The notes under the pieces were generated by a model. It saw only the letters and a program-made list of their open reading frames with translations, did no database searches and had not been told where the DNA came from. DNA of 64,000 nucleotides, taken from Gnetum montanum (taxonomy: Eukaryota; Plantae; Gnetophyta). The translations under genes were made by a program, and so were the position numbers. Positions 51,879 to 64,000 of this stretch are shown here, one piece after another (within the stretch, counting starts at the first letter, position 1; every line of letters begins with the position of its first letter). The stretch is taken from the NCBI GenBank assembly GCA_015680685.1, contig MNCI01001429.1, positions 189,171 through 253,170 on the forward strand. The letters run 5' to 3'.

Positions 51879-52836
51879 TGATGAATTGTTGTTGTGTCAC
51901 ATTGACGAGCCCCTATTGATGTGGCCTTGTTAACAGGGTTCCATTGAGGTGGCCCTATCTACATGATGTTGCCTTATTGATGGGGCTACGTCAATGTAGT
52001 GTTTGCTACATCTATAGTGCCTAATCGGTGTAGCATTACAATAAAGTCTATAAATACATACTCACTAGCCATGTTTAGGGGAGTCAAGTCATAGTTGTAA
52101 AAGAGCTCTTGAAGTTTTATCATTTGAGAGTTAGAATATTTCTTTGAGTGCTCACAATAGGAGTTAAAAAGTATACAAATCTTTATTCGAGCATTTTTGT
52201 ACCTGAACACACCAATGTGAACAACAATAAAGATGAGCCTTTTGATCAAACCTTGCAGAACTTGGAATAGATTAATGATTCATTTATGCATTTATTTTTT
52301 TCATTAATTATGTAATTAATTAAGATAAACTAGACTTCAAGTGATTAGTTAATTAACTAAGCTAACTAGATTAAACACATAAGTACGACTGCTTCGAGCA
52401 TAAACATGTATTTGCTTGGTAATCCCAGCAGCATTATTGCTTGGTTTGCCTAGTAGCATAGTGCTTGGTAATCCTAGTAGTGGATACGTGGGTTCAAGAT
52501 GTGTATGGAAAGTGGGACCAGATGCTTGTGTTAGGACTAGTTTGAGATTAGTCAATCAATTAAATTAAATTAGTTATTAAATTACCTCATTTCTCTATTT
52601 AAGCACTAGGAATAAAAAACATAAAATAATAAAAATCATATACCTCTATTACACTTAACCATACCTTGTGCATTACAAGTGTAATTGAGAAGATAAGGAA
52701 TGACTATTAGGGCAAAGTTCACTTCCTAGAAGATTAGTGTATTGGAAGGCATAGAGTTCATGGAATTCGATTGGATCATGAATGAACACTTTGTGATTCA
52801 TATGGTTGGGTGTAGGGGTACCTCAACCACTAATCA
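51879..52836 (+). repeat. 3' LTR of copy C
   Basis: TGATG...AATCA, preceded by the family AAGGACAAGTTTT...GGTA context. Closest to the copy A LTR (GGGCC-type U3). Confidence 0.85.
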
Positions 52837-52849
52837 CATGATACTAATT

Positions 52850-55800
52850 CTTTATTTTGTGTGTTATTTTACAAGGTTGGTGTTATCTCAAGGCTCATAG
52901 TGATTACCCTACATACTTTTTGATTTGCAATGCAACATCTATTATCACTGGGTGGTCTTGGAGGATGAAAGCTCTCTCAATTATAGATGATCAATCTTTA
53001 TGCTCTACACAAATATGGATTAGTCCAAGGGCTAGGTGCTTCTTGGACACTATTGCCTCTTTTTATGGTGTTACACGTACTTGAGAAGATTTATCAAGAA
53101 ATTAGTGAGAGGTTACTGGGTTGTGTCATTCAGGACTCGTGTGATGTTGACATAATGATAGATGAGACAAGTAGGACATTCAATATCCAGCTCAAGGATC
53201 TAGACTATTTGTGGAGGGATTATTCTTACAAATGGTTCAATGTTGATATCACACTCTTACTAAATCCTTGTAGTATCTAGAGTTTGTTCAACCCTGCTAG
53301 CACTTACATTACAATCTCCAAGTATGTTAGTGTGAATCCTCAATTACATCTTAGATTTTCTAAGTTTTCAAGATCTTACTTAAGGTTAGAACTATATTTT
53401 AACATGGCTTGTTATTTTGGTATGCTTATAGGTTCAAAGATCCTGATCGTAAGGAATATTACCTAGAGATGTTGGAGTGGATGTTATGTGAGATGGCTCT
53501 CAGAGGGAATTAGTGCCTTGTAGTGTTTGCTAGTTTTCCTAATGAGATTAAGGAAGCCATGAAGGATCATTGATATGAAAGTCTTCTATGACATGGTTTG
53601 GTATAGACTCTTCATGAGAGGCCATATTTAAGCTTGAAGTAGGAGTGGCCTAAGGATTCCTATATTTTCCTGCTACTTAAGGGTGTGTCATATAATGTTG
53701 GTTTTCTAAGTTCCATGTTTAGTACTTAGGTTTGCCTATATTTTGTTTTGGACTTTGTCTAAATATGCATGATATGTATTTAGTCACCTATGTTTTACTT
53801 TTGAAGATAAAATCAAAGCCTCTAAACTTATGTACATTTAAGTTGAAAATGTGAAGGAGAGAAGCTTGCAAGTTACTGTACATAACACCCATGCATGTCA
53901 CGTATGGCTGGTAAGTGAAGATAGGAGGAAGTACCTCCCTAAATTGGAGCATGTAGGATTGATTCCTTTCTTCACGTTAAGGTCATCTAACATATCAACC
54001 ATATATGTAATTGCCATAGTGAGATGTTATTCAAGCCAACAACAACTATTTGTATTCTATGTTTAGGTTTATAAGGTCATCTTATCTTGGAATTGAGATT
54101 TGTTGAGGCATTGGTTTGCTTACCTTGATGTTGGACTAGTGGTTGAGGGAAATGGCAAGTTGTTAGTGGTTGATTAAGAGATGATCAATAGGTGGGCTTA
54201 GTATGGTGATGTAGCTCACAACATTGCTAATTGTGAAAATCATGATCTAGTGTAGATGTACCATTTGTTTATTGATAAGATATTTGTGGCAAGATTAGAC
54301 AATGAAAGACTACTTCTCCTCTTAGACTTTCAATCATTTACAATGTCATGATCCATGGCACTCGCTATGATTTGGTTGCGATCTAGATAAGGATGTGTTC
54401 AGTGAGTTAGCTAACATTAACATCATGGATGGTGAAAGTTCCAACAACTTCATTAACTTTAGCTTTTATTATGGAATGTTACATTGCTTTGTAGAGTTAA
54501 TGGTCTACTCTAACTACAAGGGGAAGGTGTTGAATGAAGAAAACTTCTCTCATCCTATGTGTCAACATGTGACAAACATCATGGTGATCCTTTTTACAGC
54601 AGTGGGTGGTCTTATGGAAGTAGCATTGTTATTGCAAGAGGATGTAGTTGAGTCCTCCATTCATGATAGCATGGCGCTACCTAGAAAATAATCAGTTCAT
54701 GGAAACCTATTGCATGGGATGGAAGTGGTGAGAGAGTATGCCTTTGGCAAATAGGACAAGGACTAGACGATTAACAAGATAAGAGCAGTTAATACATATG
54801 ACTTAAAGCATAAGGAGTTAGAAATAGAAGTGGCCAAGGCAACAGTGAGATTGGGTAAGTCAGAAAATTATTCTTATTTTATGTTACATTCTTTCCAAAC
54901 ACATTAGGTATGGTTGTACAATTATGATTTATACATTATGTGTGTTGTCTTGATGGGTTACAACTTAGCTTATTGTATTTGCACTTTATATGTTATGATT
55001 ATGATATTTTTACATGCTTAACTAATGTGATTATGTACACTAGCTCTATGTGATGTGTTAGATAAGTGATATTGTTGGAAAGGATGTTGGGTTTGGGTAC
55101 AAGAGCACCTATTGGGTATACATTTATGTTTTATATATAATTTTAGTATTTATGCATTTGAATTATAGCGTTATGTTGTGTAATGTTGGGATGAGGTTTT
55201 AGCATGTGAATATGTAGAGCATTTGATAAGGATCTCATAGGTTCAAATGGATTTTGATTTGGAGTCTTGATGTGTTTGTTAGGCATGATTGAAGTTCACG
55301 ACATTAGTTGCAGAGAATATATATATATATAGCTTATAAAAATATTTCTTTTAAAAAATAATAAATAATTCAAAAGTAATCTAATAGGTTTTCATGGCAC
55401 GTGAGGTGCATAAAAAATAAAATGTTTTTGCATTATGATTATATGCATTGTACATTATAAATAAGTTTTTTTTTTTTTAAAAAAAAACAACACTACTTTT
55501 TTTCTTTTTTTGTGGGCACCACTTGTGAGAATTTGGGTTTTGTTTTTTTGTATTCAAAAAAATAAAAATAAAAATAAAAAACAAAAAAAAGACAACATTG
55601 ATTTCTAGTTTCTTCTCTTCTATTTTTCCTTCTTTTCTTCTATTGTTACACTCTTTTCTTGGAATTTTCGCATTGTGGATGAGTGTTGCTTATTTTGAAC
55701 TTAGATTTAGAATTGTAGTGGTCATATCTACATGGGTGTGGAACTTGTTTGGAGCAAAATAGAGGTTTGCCAGATTTTTAAGGATTTTATACTTTCAGAC

Positions 55801-57672
55801 ATTCTGCCACAATAATTTTAATTGGTGGGCCATCTTTACCTTTTCCCTGTATTTTTGTGTTGGATTACTGTATATGATCATGCCATGTGGGCATGTGGGA
55901 CAGATAGTTAAAAGATGGAGCTTGGACATGTTGTTTTACATATTTCCAAAAATTGTATGGTTTTGGTTAGGAATTATTTGTTAATATATATGCTATATAT
56001 AAAATGCAATGTTGATAAGTTTGGTATGGTTGGAATATTATATTTTAGGGGCCTATTATGGTGTAGGAGTTTCTAGGGGTCTATTGTGGCATGGGAGTTT
56101 CTAGGAGTTTCAATCATTACTAACTATAGTTAAACATTAAATATTATTATTTTACTAATCAAACTTTGAACGCACATAACTTTGCTTTCAAGAGTTTGAT
56201 TTAGGTGAAATTAGTGTCATTAGGATCATTGTGGGAAGTACTTTCTAATCATGGAATTGGTTTTTTCTTTGGGCATATATTGCTGTGGAGGTTATTATAG
56301 CAGTCATTTTTGTGGAATTACACGCAGTTCAAGAAATATGGTTGTGGCACAAAATTTTATTTTGTTGAATTGTGGTATTATTTTCATAAAATGAATGTGA
56401 CTGTTAGGTGTGGATATATGTGATCATGTTGGTTTTGGATGTGTTGTGCTTGCAGCATGTGTTGGCTTAAGCTAGCTTGGACTTGTACATGTCTTCAAAA
56501 TGACACTTGTAATGGTCATTAGCAAGTGGTGCTAGGATTAAGATGTGAACTAGTTGGTTATGAGGCCCCCTGGAGGTAGTTGTGGATTGACCCCCACTGT
56601 GATGCATTAGTAAGGCTCTTGTCTTAAGCCTCATCTTGAGAGTGGGAGAATGTAGGTGTGTTCGTTCCTATAGTTGGTATATGGCATAGGTGTGTTTGTC
56701 CCTATAGCTAGTCCTCTAGAAGGCTAGTGGTTGTAGGTCATAGGTTGATAGACCCAAGCATTAATTAGATAAATAAAAAACTAATAAAAGACTTATAGGC
56801 AATGGCTATCTATGAGTAGTCATCGCAATGTTTCACATACTATATTAAGTGTGGATAGGCTAGTGACCACATGGGCTATGTATATGATAGTATCAATGTG
56901 TGAGTCATCGTGTTGATAATACATATTATGATTGGATTATGATTGTGTGGGTCATGGGTTGTTTAATGGTATAGAGTAGGTATGATGGCATGGACATGAT
57001 AATGGAAATGCATGTGATGTGGTGTAATGAATATATGATAGATTATGTCATATAGCTGCTTTATCTGTGATTGTATAATAGTCATCTATCCTCTTTGATA
57101 ATGATTATGCTAGTGTTATATGTGAGATGGTGTGTGTACATGTATTACTCTTAGCATGCACAAGACTAACAGTTGAGGTAGGTTGCCTTGTACCCCACTC
57201 CTCTCCTCCAGTGCAGCACTTGTTGACCATCTAGTAGGGGAAGTGTAAAGGCTTCCCACTTAGTTTATACTAGCTTTATTTAATGACAGGTGGAAGTCAC
57301 AAGAGCATAGATGAGCACAGAGAGAAAGAGTAGAAGAGGGGAAAATCTTCAGGGATTGGTTACTATATATTTCCATATACAGTAGTATGGACTATTTATA
57401 ATTGTATGAAATTCTTTGTACTTTTAGACATGTGATGATGTTTATGTGTTTTTGTATCTTATGAGAATAGTGCAGATTTTTGGTTTATGTAGAGACCTGT
57501 TGTTTTATAAATCGTGCACTTTGACCTTCCATAATAGATATGTTGAGTGACTTATTCTTAACATATCCTTATACATCATTAGCTTTTAGTGTATCATGCT
57601 TCCATTGTGTTATTACTAGCAATTCTAGGGATCACCCTGCCTTAGCTAGGTGCAGGAAGATGAGGTATTACA
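52850..57672 (+). mobile_element. Highly decayed retroelement remnant, possibly Tekay/Del-like, ending in an LTR-like terminus
   Basis: Faint protease-like ARCFLDTIAS at ~53030-53060. A long TG-rich noncoding tract ends GAGGTATTACA (57672), like Tekay GGGTGTTACA ends. The 5' boundary and TSD were not found. Confidence 0.35.
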
Positions 57673-58494
57673 TTTTATTATTTTTATTGTTAGTATTTTT
57701 GTAGTATAATATTTTTAACATTTTTATTTTTTTGTTTTTAAGATTTTATGTTTGCTAATTTTCACTTATTTTTTGATGTTCTATAGTTGCTGTGAAGGCC
57801 AAAAAATAAAATAAAAAAAAGCAAAGCAGGAAGCATTGGCCATTATTCCACCCCCTCTAGTCTACATTATGAATGCAATTTCCATGGACATGGCCATGAA
57901 ACTAATATCCAATTTACCCAAGAGACTCTTCTATGGACAAAATTGAGTTCGAAACACATTGTTATATGCACCTCAATGACACTGAGTGAGTAGACGAGCA
58001 ATAAGTTAAAGTTGTGTTGTTCGTCATCAAAAAATTTCTTTGATGAATGAAATGCCATGGGCAAAGGAGTCAAGTATTTTTGAATCCTTAACTATTACCA
58101 ATGCTTCACAAATTCTTTGTCAAAAATCATTCCCTGTCATGGCATGCATTTATATTTAATTGTTATATCATCATGAGATTTAAAATAATGATGATAACAA
58201 AGTGAAAAATGACGTACTGGGTAAGATAAGGTATAACTCTTACAATGAATTTAGGATGTTTGATTTATGACTTCTCTATATTGAATGAGATGATGTAGAA
58301 TGAAAAAAATGAATAAGATATAATGAATGAAGTAGTTATAGGAATGTTAAGACTATGATGGTGTTAGGGGGAAGTTAAATATACAAAAGTACTTAGCATA
58401 AAGTAGATATAATAAATAAAGTAGTTAAGACTATGAGAAATTGAATGAAATGGATGTTAAAATTGATAGATATAATAAGTCTTCATAAAATTGA

Positions 58495-61400
58495 TAGGGG
58501 TGGTAGAGTGTTGTTAATTTATGTTCAACCCCTAAGTGTTGCATGAGATTGCAAAAAGTAACAACTGTAAAATGAGTACCATTGTCAAAAATTAGTGCAT
58601 CTAGTACTCCAAACTTGTTTACAACATTTTGTTGTATAAACCGAGTAGCAATGAAAGATGTATAGTTGGTGATGGCTACTATTTCTGCCAATTTTGTACA
58701 ATAGTCAATAGCAACTATTATGTGCATCTTTCCATTTGACATAGGTGTGATGGAACCCACAAAGTCTATGCCCTAGATGTTGATGAAGGGTTCCAGTGGT
58801 TGGATCCGCTACTAAGGTTCCTCCATTTGAGTGATTATTCCACCATCTCATTAATAGCATTCATAAGAGCAGACAAATCAGTGGGCATCCTTGAAGAGTG
58901 TTGGCCAATAGTAGACTACCATCAAGATTTTAATGGTTGTGCATCTTTCTAGATAATGGTTCCCACAAGAACCCTTGTGAGAATCTTGAAGAACATGTAG
59001 TTGAGTAGCATCAAGAACACACCAATGAACCAGTCCATTGGCACACACCTTGTAAAGGTGTCCATTAATCTCCATGAAGCATTTGGCCTATTGAAGAAAT
59101 GGTTGTTTCTTCTTATGGTCTAACTCTTGTGGCATCCCTTGATTGAGAAGATAAGTAATGATGTCATCATACCATTTTGGTTTAGCGAGCACTTGTTCAT
59201 TTATTACACCAACAAAGAGGAGTTCATCATGAAATTCATTAGAGAGCATGCTCTTCTCCTCTTTATTGTTCCATTGTAACTAAGATAAGTGATTAATGAC
59301 CACATTCTTGGTTCCCTTTCAATATACCATTGTAAGATCGAACTCTTGCAAGATCATCATTCACCATATGACATGAGGGCTCACCATTGGTTAATTCATC
59401 AAAAAGCGAATGACATTGTGATCAGTGTGCACAAACACCTTGTATTCAAGCACATAGTGCCTGAACTTATCCAAAGCATACACAACAACCATAAGCTCTT
59501 TCTCCATTGTGATGTAATTGAGTTGTGCATCCACAATGCTTTAGCTTATGTAGTGGATATAATATGGATGTTTCTGATCATCCAATTGTGTAAGAATAGC
59601 TCCCAAGGCATACTTTGATGTATTTATCATAATGTAAAATGGTCAAGACCAGTTAGGCGCTCATAGAATTGGAGTCTCTACAAGCTTCTCCTTAAGCTGC
59701 TAGAATGCCTTTTCACATTCCTTGGTCAATATGAACGAAACATTTTTCTTTGTGAGCTCGACCAATGGTTTCACTATCTTAGAGAAATTCTCTATGAATA
59801 ACTGGTAGTAGCTAGTATATCTAAGGAATGACTAGGCATCTTTAGTGATTTTCAATTGGTAGGTTATTCCTTGGATGACCTGAATCTTTTCAAGATCCAC
59901 CTCAATCCTTGCTTGAGAAATTCTATGCCCCAACACAATACCCTCTTGGACCATGAGATGGCACTTTTGCCAATTATGCTAAAGATTAGTCTTCACACAC
60001 CTTTTAAGCACTTACTCAAGGTGGTCTAGGGCTCTCTCAAATGTAGTGTCATAGGTTGAGAAGTCATCCATGAAGATTTCCACCCTACTACCAATTTGTT
60101 GCTAAAAAATGCTCAGGACCAAGCAATGAAAAGTTGCAAGGGCATTACATAGACCAAAGGACATCTTAAGATATGCAAAAGTCCCCCAAGGACTAGTAAA
60201 TGTTGTTTTGGCATTAGTCTTAAGTTCAATTTGAATTTGGTTATAACCACTATAGCCATCCAGAAAGCTATAATAGTATCCAACACTTGGTCCACAAATG
60301 ACAATGGAAAATGATCTTTGAACATTGTCATGTTCAATAGTTTGAAATTAATACAGACCTACCACTTAGCACCTTTCTTTGGCATAATTACAAGTGGACT
60401 AACCTACTTGCTATGCACAATTAGGTATATGAACCCCACCTTAAGGGGTTGTTCAATTTCCTCTTTGATGATTTGCTTTAATTTGGGCTTTAGCTACCAT
60501 TGTGGCTACATCTTTAGCTTCATAGTTAGATTGATATAGATGTAATATTGGCATATCCTAAGATCAATCCCTATGAGTTTAGGATATGACCAAGCAAAGG
60601 CTGTTGGCCATTTGTTGATCACCTTCAACAGCCTCCTTTTCTACTCAAGAGCAAGGTTGACATTTATTATTATTGGCTTACCATTTTTCAAAAATGTATA
60701 TTCTATGCTAATAGTTAGAGTTTTTAACTATAAGGGATCATGTTTAAAACTATTAGGGATTTCCAACTCTCCCTAATCGGTATCATCAGGTTCATCATTA
60801 AAGAGTTGGTGATGAACTTACTCTAGTTCATCCATGCCTTCAACATAGGCACAAGTTAGGCTCTCGGTAGGTTCCACGCAAAGTGTGCTACTTTTAAAAT
60901 CAATTATCAACCACTAGGTTTCCTTCTATTTTGAGGCTACTACATACATGAACTTTTGGATTTTAGATTCATCTACACATGGTCTACATGCTTTGATTGA
61001 TATGCTTTTGATAAATCAAAGTTTCTACACATAGTTGCACCTAGTATCATTATACACAATGCATGGAAGTATCTTCTTCTCGATGTTTCCAAATGCATTT
61101 TCCTTGGAAATATTTAGGGAAAGATCTCTTATGTCCATTCACACATCAACATTGCTCAACCAAGCCCTTTCCATGATGATTGGGAAGTCCCCCTTACAAT
61201 TGTCAACTTTGATCACTAGGAAATTTGTAGGATACGATCACCCACAAACATTAGTCATAATGTCCTCCACTAATTCCAAGGGAATAATGATGGATTGATC
61301 TATCTATTCTAGATGGATTTTGCTCTTCTTGAGAGGAGGCAGGTTCTAAGCATTGTACATTTCATGGAAAATCATATTAACACTAGAACATGAGTCAAGA

Positions 61401-64000
61401 AGATCCTTGCATGGCTCATTTCCAACAATCTACAAGTAGATGAGAGGACTTCCAGGATTAGCTCTTTTCTTAGGAAGGTTGCCACCTTGATCTAATCAGA
61501 TACAACATGGGTTAACATGATTGTGCAGATCTTGGGAGGCATTTGGTTTGAAAGGCTCTTGAAAGGAATGAATGTAGAAGATGAAGGAGACACATGGCGA
61601 CTAGTCGCATAACTCGGTGAGGGCTTTGTAGGACTATTGGTTCAATAGAATGGTCTTTTATGGGATTTGGATTTCAAACCACTTGGCTAAGGAGTCAACT
61701 ATAAGTTAATAGCCATGGTAGTGTTACATTGTTGTAGTTGCACAGGAATTTTTCCTTGCATGGATGGAGAAGGTAATAATTGGGTTAAGGGTGGAGGAAC
61801 ATGTATTGAAGGATGAGAAGGATGATAGGGATATGCAAATTCCCCTATAGGAGATGGCCTATGAGTTTTGTAGTACTTTAGAGGATAGTAGTGATGTTGA
61901 AAATAAGCATGGAGACATGGGTTGTTGAACATAGTACCCATATAGATTTGGCTGCCTTGGTGGTGGATTGTAGTGGATTGTAGTGCTACCATTGATGGTA
62001 ATGTTCATACATTTGTGGTGGAGCTCCACTTGAATATTAAGCTTGTTGTTACTGGTGGAACTACCTTGGGTTGTCTTAAGGATAAGGCAACATTCTGGGT
62101 GCTTACCTTCATGCCAATCTAGGATTTAGAGCATACACCCCAGATTCTTGTAAGTGTGACACAATAAAACAACATCCCTTAGGATGTTCATATTGGTAGA
62201 TGTCACACCCACCATCATTATATAATTCTAACTTCACAACCTCTTCTACTATAGCAACTTTGTCCTTACCCCTTTGGTAGGCACATTTAGCTTCTTTTCT
62301 TCTCATGCAGTCATGATCACTATCTTTTTATTTAGATTCTTTTGTAATTTTTAGAGAAGTTTGAAATTTTTTATCTAAATATTTCCACATTTTTTCAAGC
62401 TTAGCCAAAATTTCAAACACAAATTTTTGAATTGGCAAGGTTTTTCATTGCATCACTTCGTCAAGTGGTACCTTCCCCTCACTATCATAGAATCAAACCT
62501 CCCTTTTTTTGATGGAAGGATCTTAGTTATACTTCTCAACACTTTCCTATTTTCTCAACTCACCTTCTTCTTTTGCAACCTATTTAATCAACCTTTGAAT
62601 TTCATAGACTCTTAGTTCTGACAATCTCCCTTGTGCATAGACCCCAAGAGTACTCCTCATTTCTGATTGGAGCCCATCTATGATATAGTGAAGTTGCCTC
62701 ACTGAGAATAACCATGGGTAAGACATTTATTCAGAAGGAAATAATAACTACCCATGGTTGCATCTAAGGGTTCATGCATTCCTTGTTACTAGCCTTGGAT
62801 CTATTTTCTCAAGTTGGATAGTCTAGAGTACGTCTGATATTTATCATTAAATAGCTCAAGCATTGTACTTCATCTGTGAATTGATTCTATCTCTAAAGAG
62901 CAGTACCAACTTTTTGCTTATTGTGTGAGTGTCCTGGGAGACAACTTAAGTTTTTGCTAGTTATTTTCTATGTTCTACAAGGCACAAGCATCGTGAAAGG
63001 CTTGAAGATGGGTTTGTGGATCTGCGTTATATCCCCCCTTAAATCTAGGGATATTGTTCATATCCAACATCTTGATTCTACAATCTTTCACATGCCTAGT
63101 TGGAATTCTGATTGTCTCTATGATGTTCATCATGCTTCAAGTTGCTAGCAAAGGTTCATCATCATCATGATTTTGATTATGCTGTTGACATTCCTTGCTA
63201 CCCCTTTGGTCATGGTAGGGCCTACGATCATTATCCCACTATTCACCTCCATCACAATTTCATCCACTACAGTGTTGATCAGATTTAGAAAAGAAAGAAG
63301 AAGATGTAGAGGAAGAAAATGAAGAGGAAGGGGGACTACCACCAGCGTGGTGTTCGCGACCTCCTCTCTACTTTTCATGGCCACAATCATCAAGTTTATC
63401 ATCATCACGATGCTTTCTTGAGTCCTTGCCTTGACTCCGACTTTTACCTAAACCTAGATTGTTGATAGTTGATTGCAGATTTGGGTTCAAGCCCCCTTTA
63501 CCAGAGTCAAGAGATGGAGAATCTTCATGTTGAAAACTCCTAGAGGGAGGATCCTCATTGTCATTTTGGTTTAGCAAGAATAAGGGGTTAGTGAACCATT
63601 TCCCTTTCATAGCTTCATGGTGTTTCTCTTGGTGCAAATCTCATTTGCATTGTGTTTCTATGGGACAGTAGTCCTGATAGTCATGGTCTTGCAAAATGTA
63701 TTCATCATGAACATCTTGGATGTTGAACCTCTTAAGAGTTTGGAGTAGCATCGCAAGAATAGATTAGTCAGGAGGCAACACAACATTGCCCTCCATATCT
63801 CTCCACCGTAGCTATTCATCCTGATGCAAGGTGAAGGTCAAATCAGGTACAAACTCATTTGGATGAGTGTACATCACTTTGAATTCTTGTGGCACTAGTA
63901 GTTTTGATTCATCATGCCTATGAGAAGAAGTCATTTTGGATTAGAGAAAAATTTAGTGTGCTTACATTATAATTATAATTATTATTATTTTTGAATAATT
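58495..64000 (-). mobile_element. Athila-like copy D (5' UTR, gag, PR, RT, RH, partial IN), broken in the integrase core; runs off the right edge
   Basis: KDHFPLSFVDQVLD, YYWPTLFKDAH and DNGTHF...YHP, after which homology stops abruptly. Colinear with copies A and C. Confidence 0.9.

Larger units (their letters stand above)
42880..52836 (+). mobile_element. Athila-like copy C, 5'-truncated (end of gag, PR, RT, RH, IN, extra ORF, 3' LTR)
   Basis: KDHFPLPFVDHVLD, MPFGLCNAPATF, FHIMIDASNY, YYWPTIFRD, IDFMGP and YHPQVNGQ. 3' LTR at 51879-52836. No 5' LTR or PBS. Confidence 0.9.

Noticed and set aside
57800-58200. Possible host gene fragment between TE blocks
   Set aside because: All frames are interrupted and no motif was recognised.

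Overview
Eukaryotic, AT-rich, CpG-depleted plant DNA. The RLP C-terminus looks gymnosperm-like, but the host cannot be fixed from sequence alone. No intact protein-coding gene is present. The only host gene is an LRR receptor-like protein pseudogene (minus, 8630-19190). It is split by a full-length Ty1/copia element (9580-15135, TSD GGACA, itself carrying a nested solo-LTR-like unit) and by a second solo-LTR-like unit (16472-18412, TSD GTAAC). The rest is nested LTR retrotransposon debris: four copies plus one solo LTR of an Athila-like Ty3/gypsy family (one complete, 22791-35049, TSD GCTAT), four copies of a TGTTG...CAACA unit family with a conserved hairpin, a Tat/Ogre-type RT fragment, a probable Tekay-like remnant and a tRNA-derived SINE. 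Best candidate for an undescribed system: the two Athila-like copies whose 3' halves lie in the window carry a ~900-codon extra ORF after pol. In both it is preceded by a copy of that element's own LTR U3 motif array, a TATA-like box and a conserved 62/63-nt GT-AG intron ending at the ATG. The motif differs between subfamilies yet matches between LTR and internal site within each element. Coordinates and counts were made by eye; family names rest on remembered motifs, not database searches.
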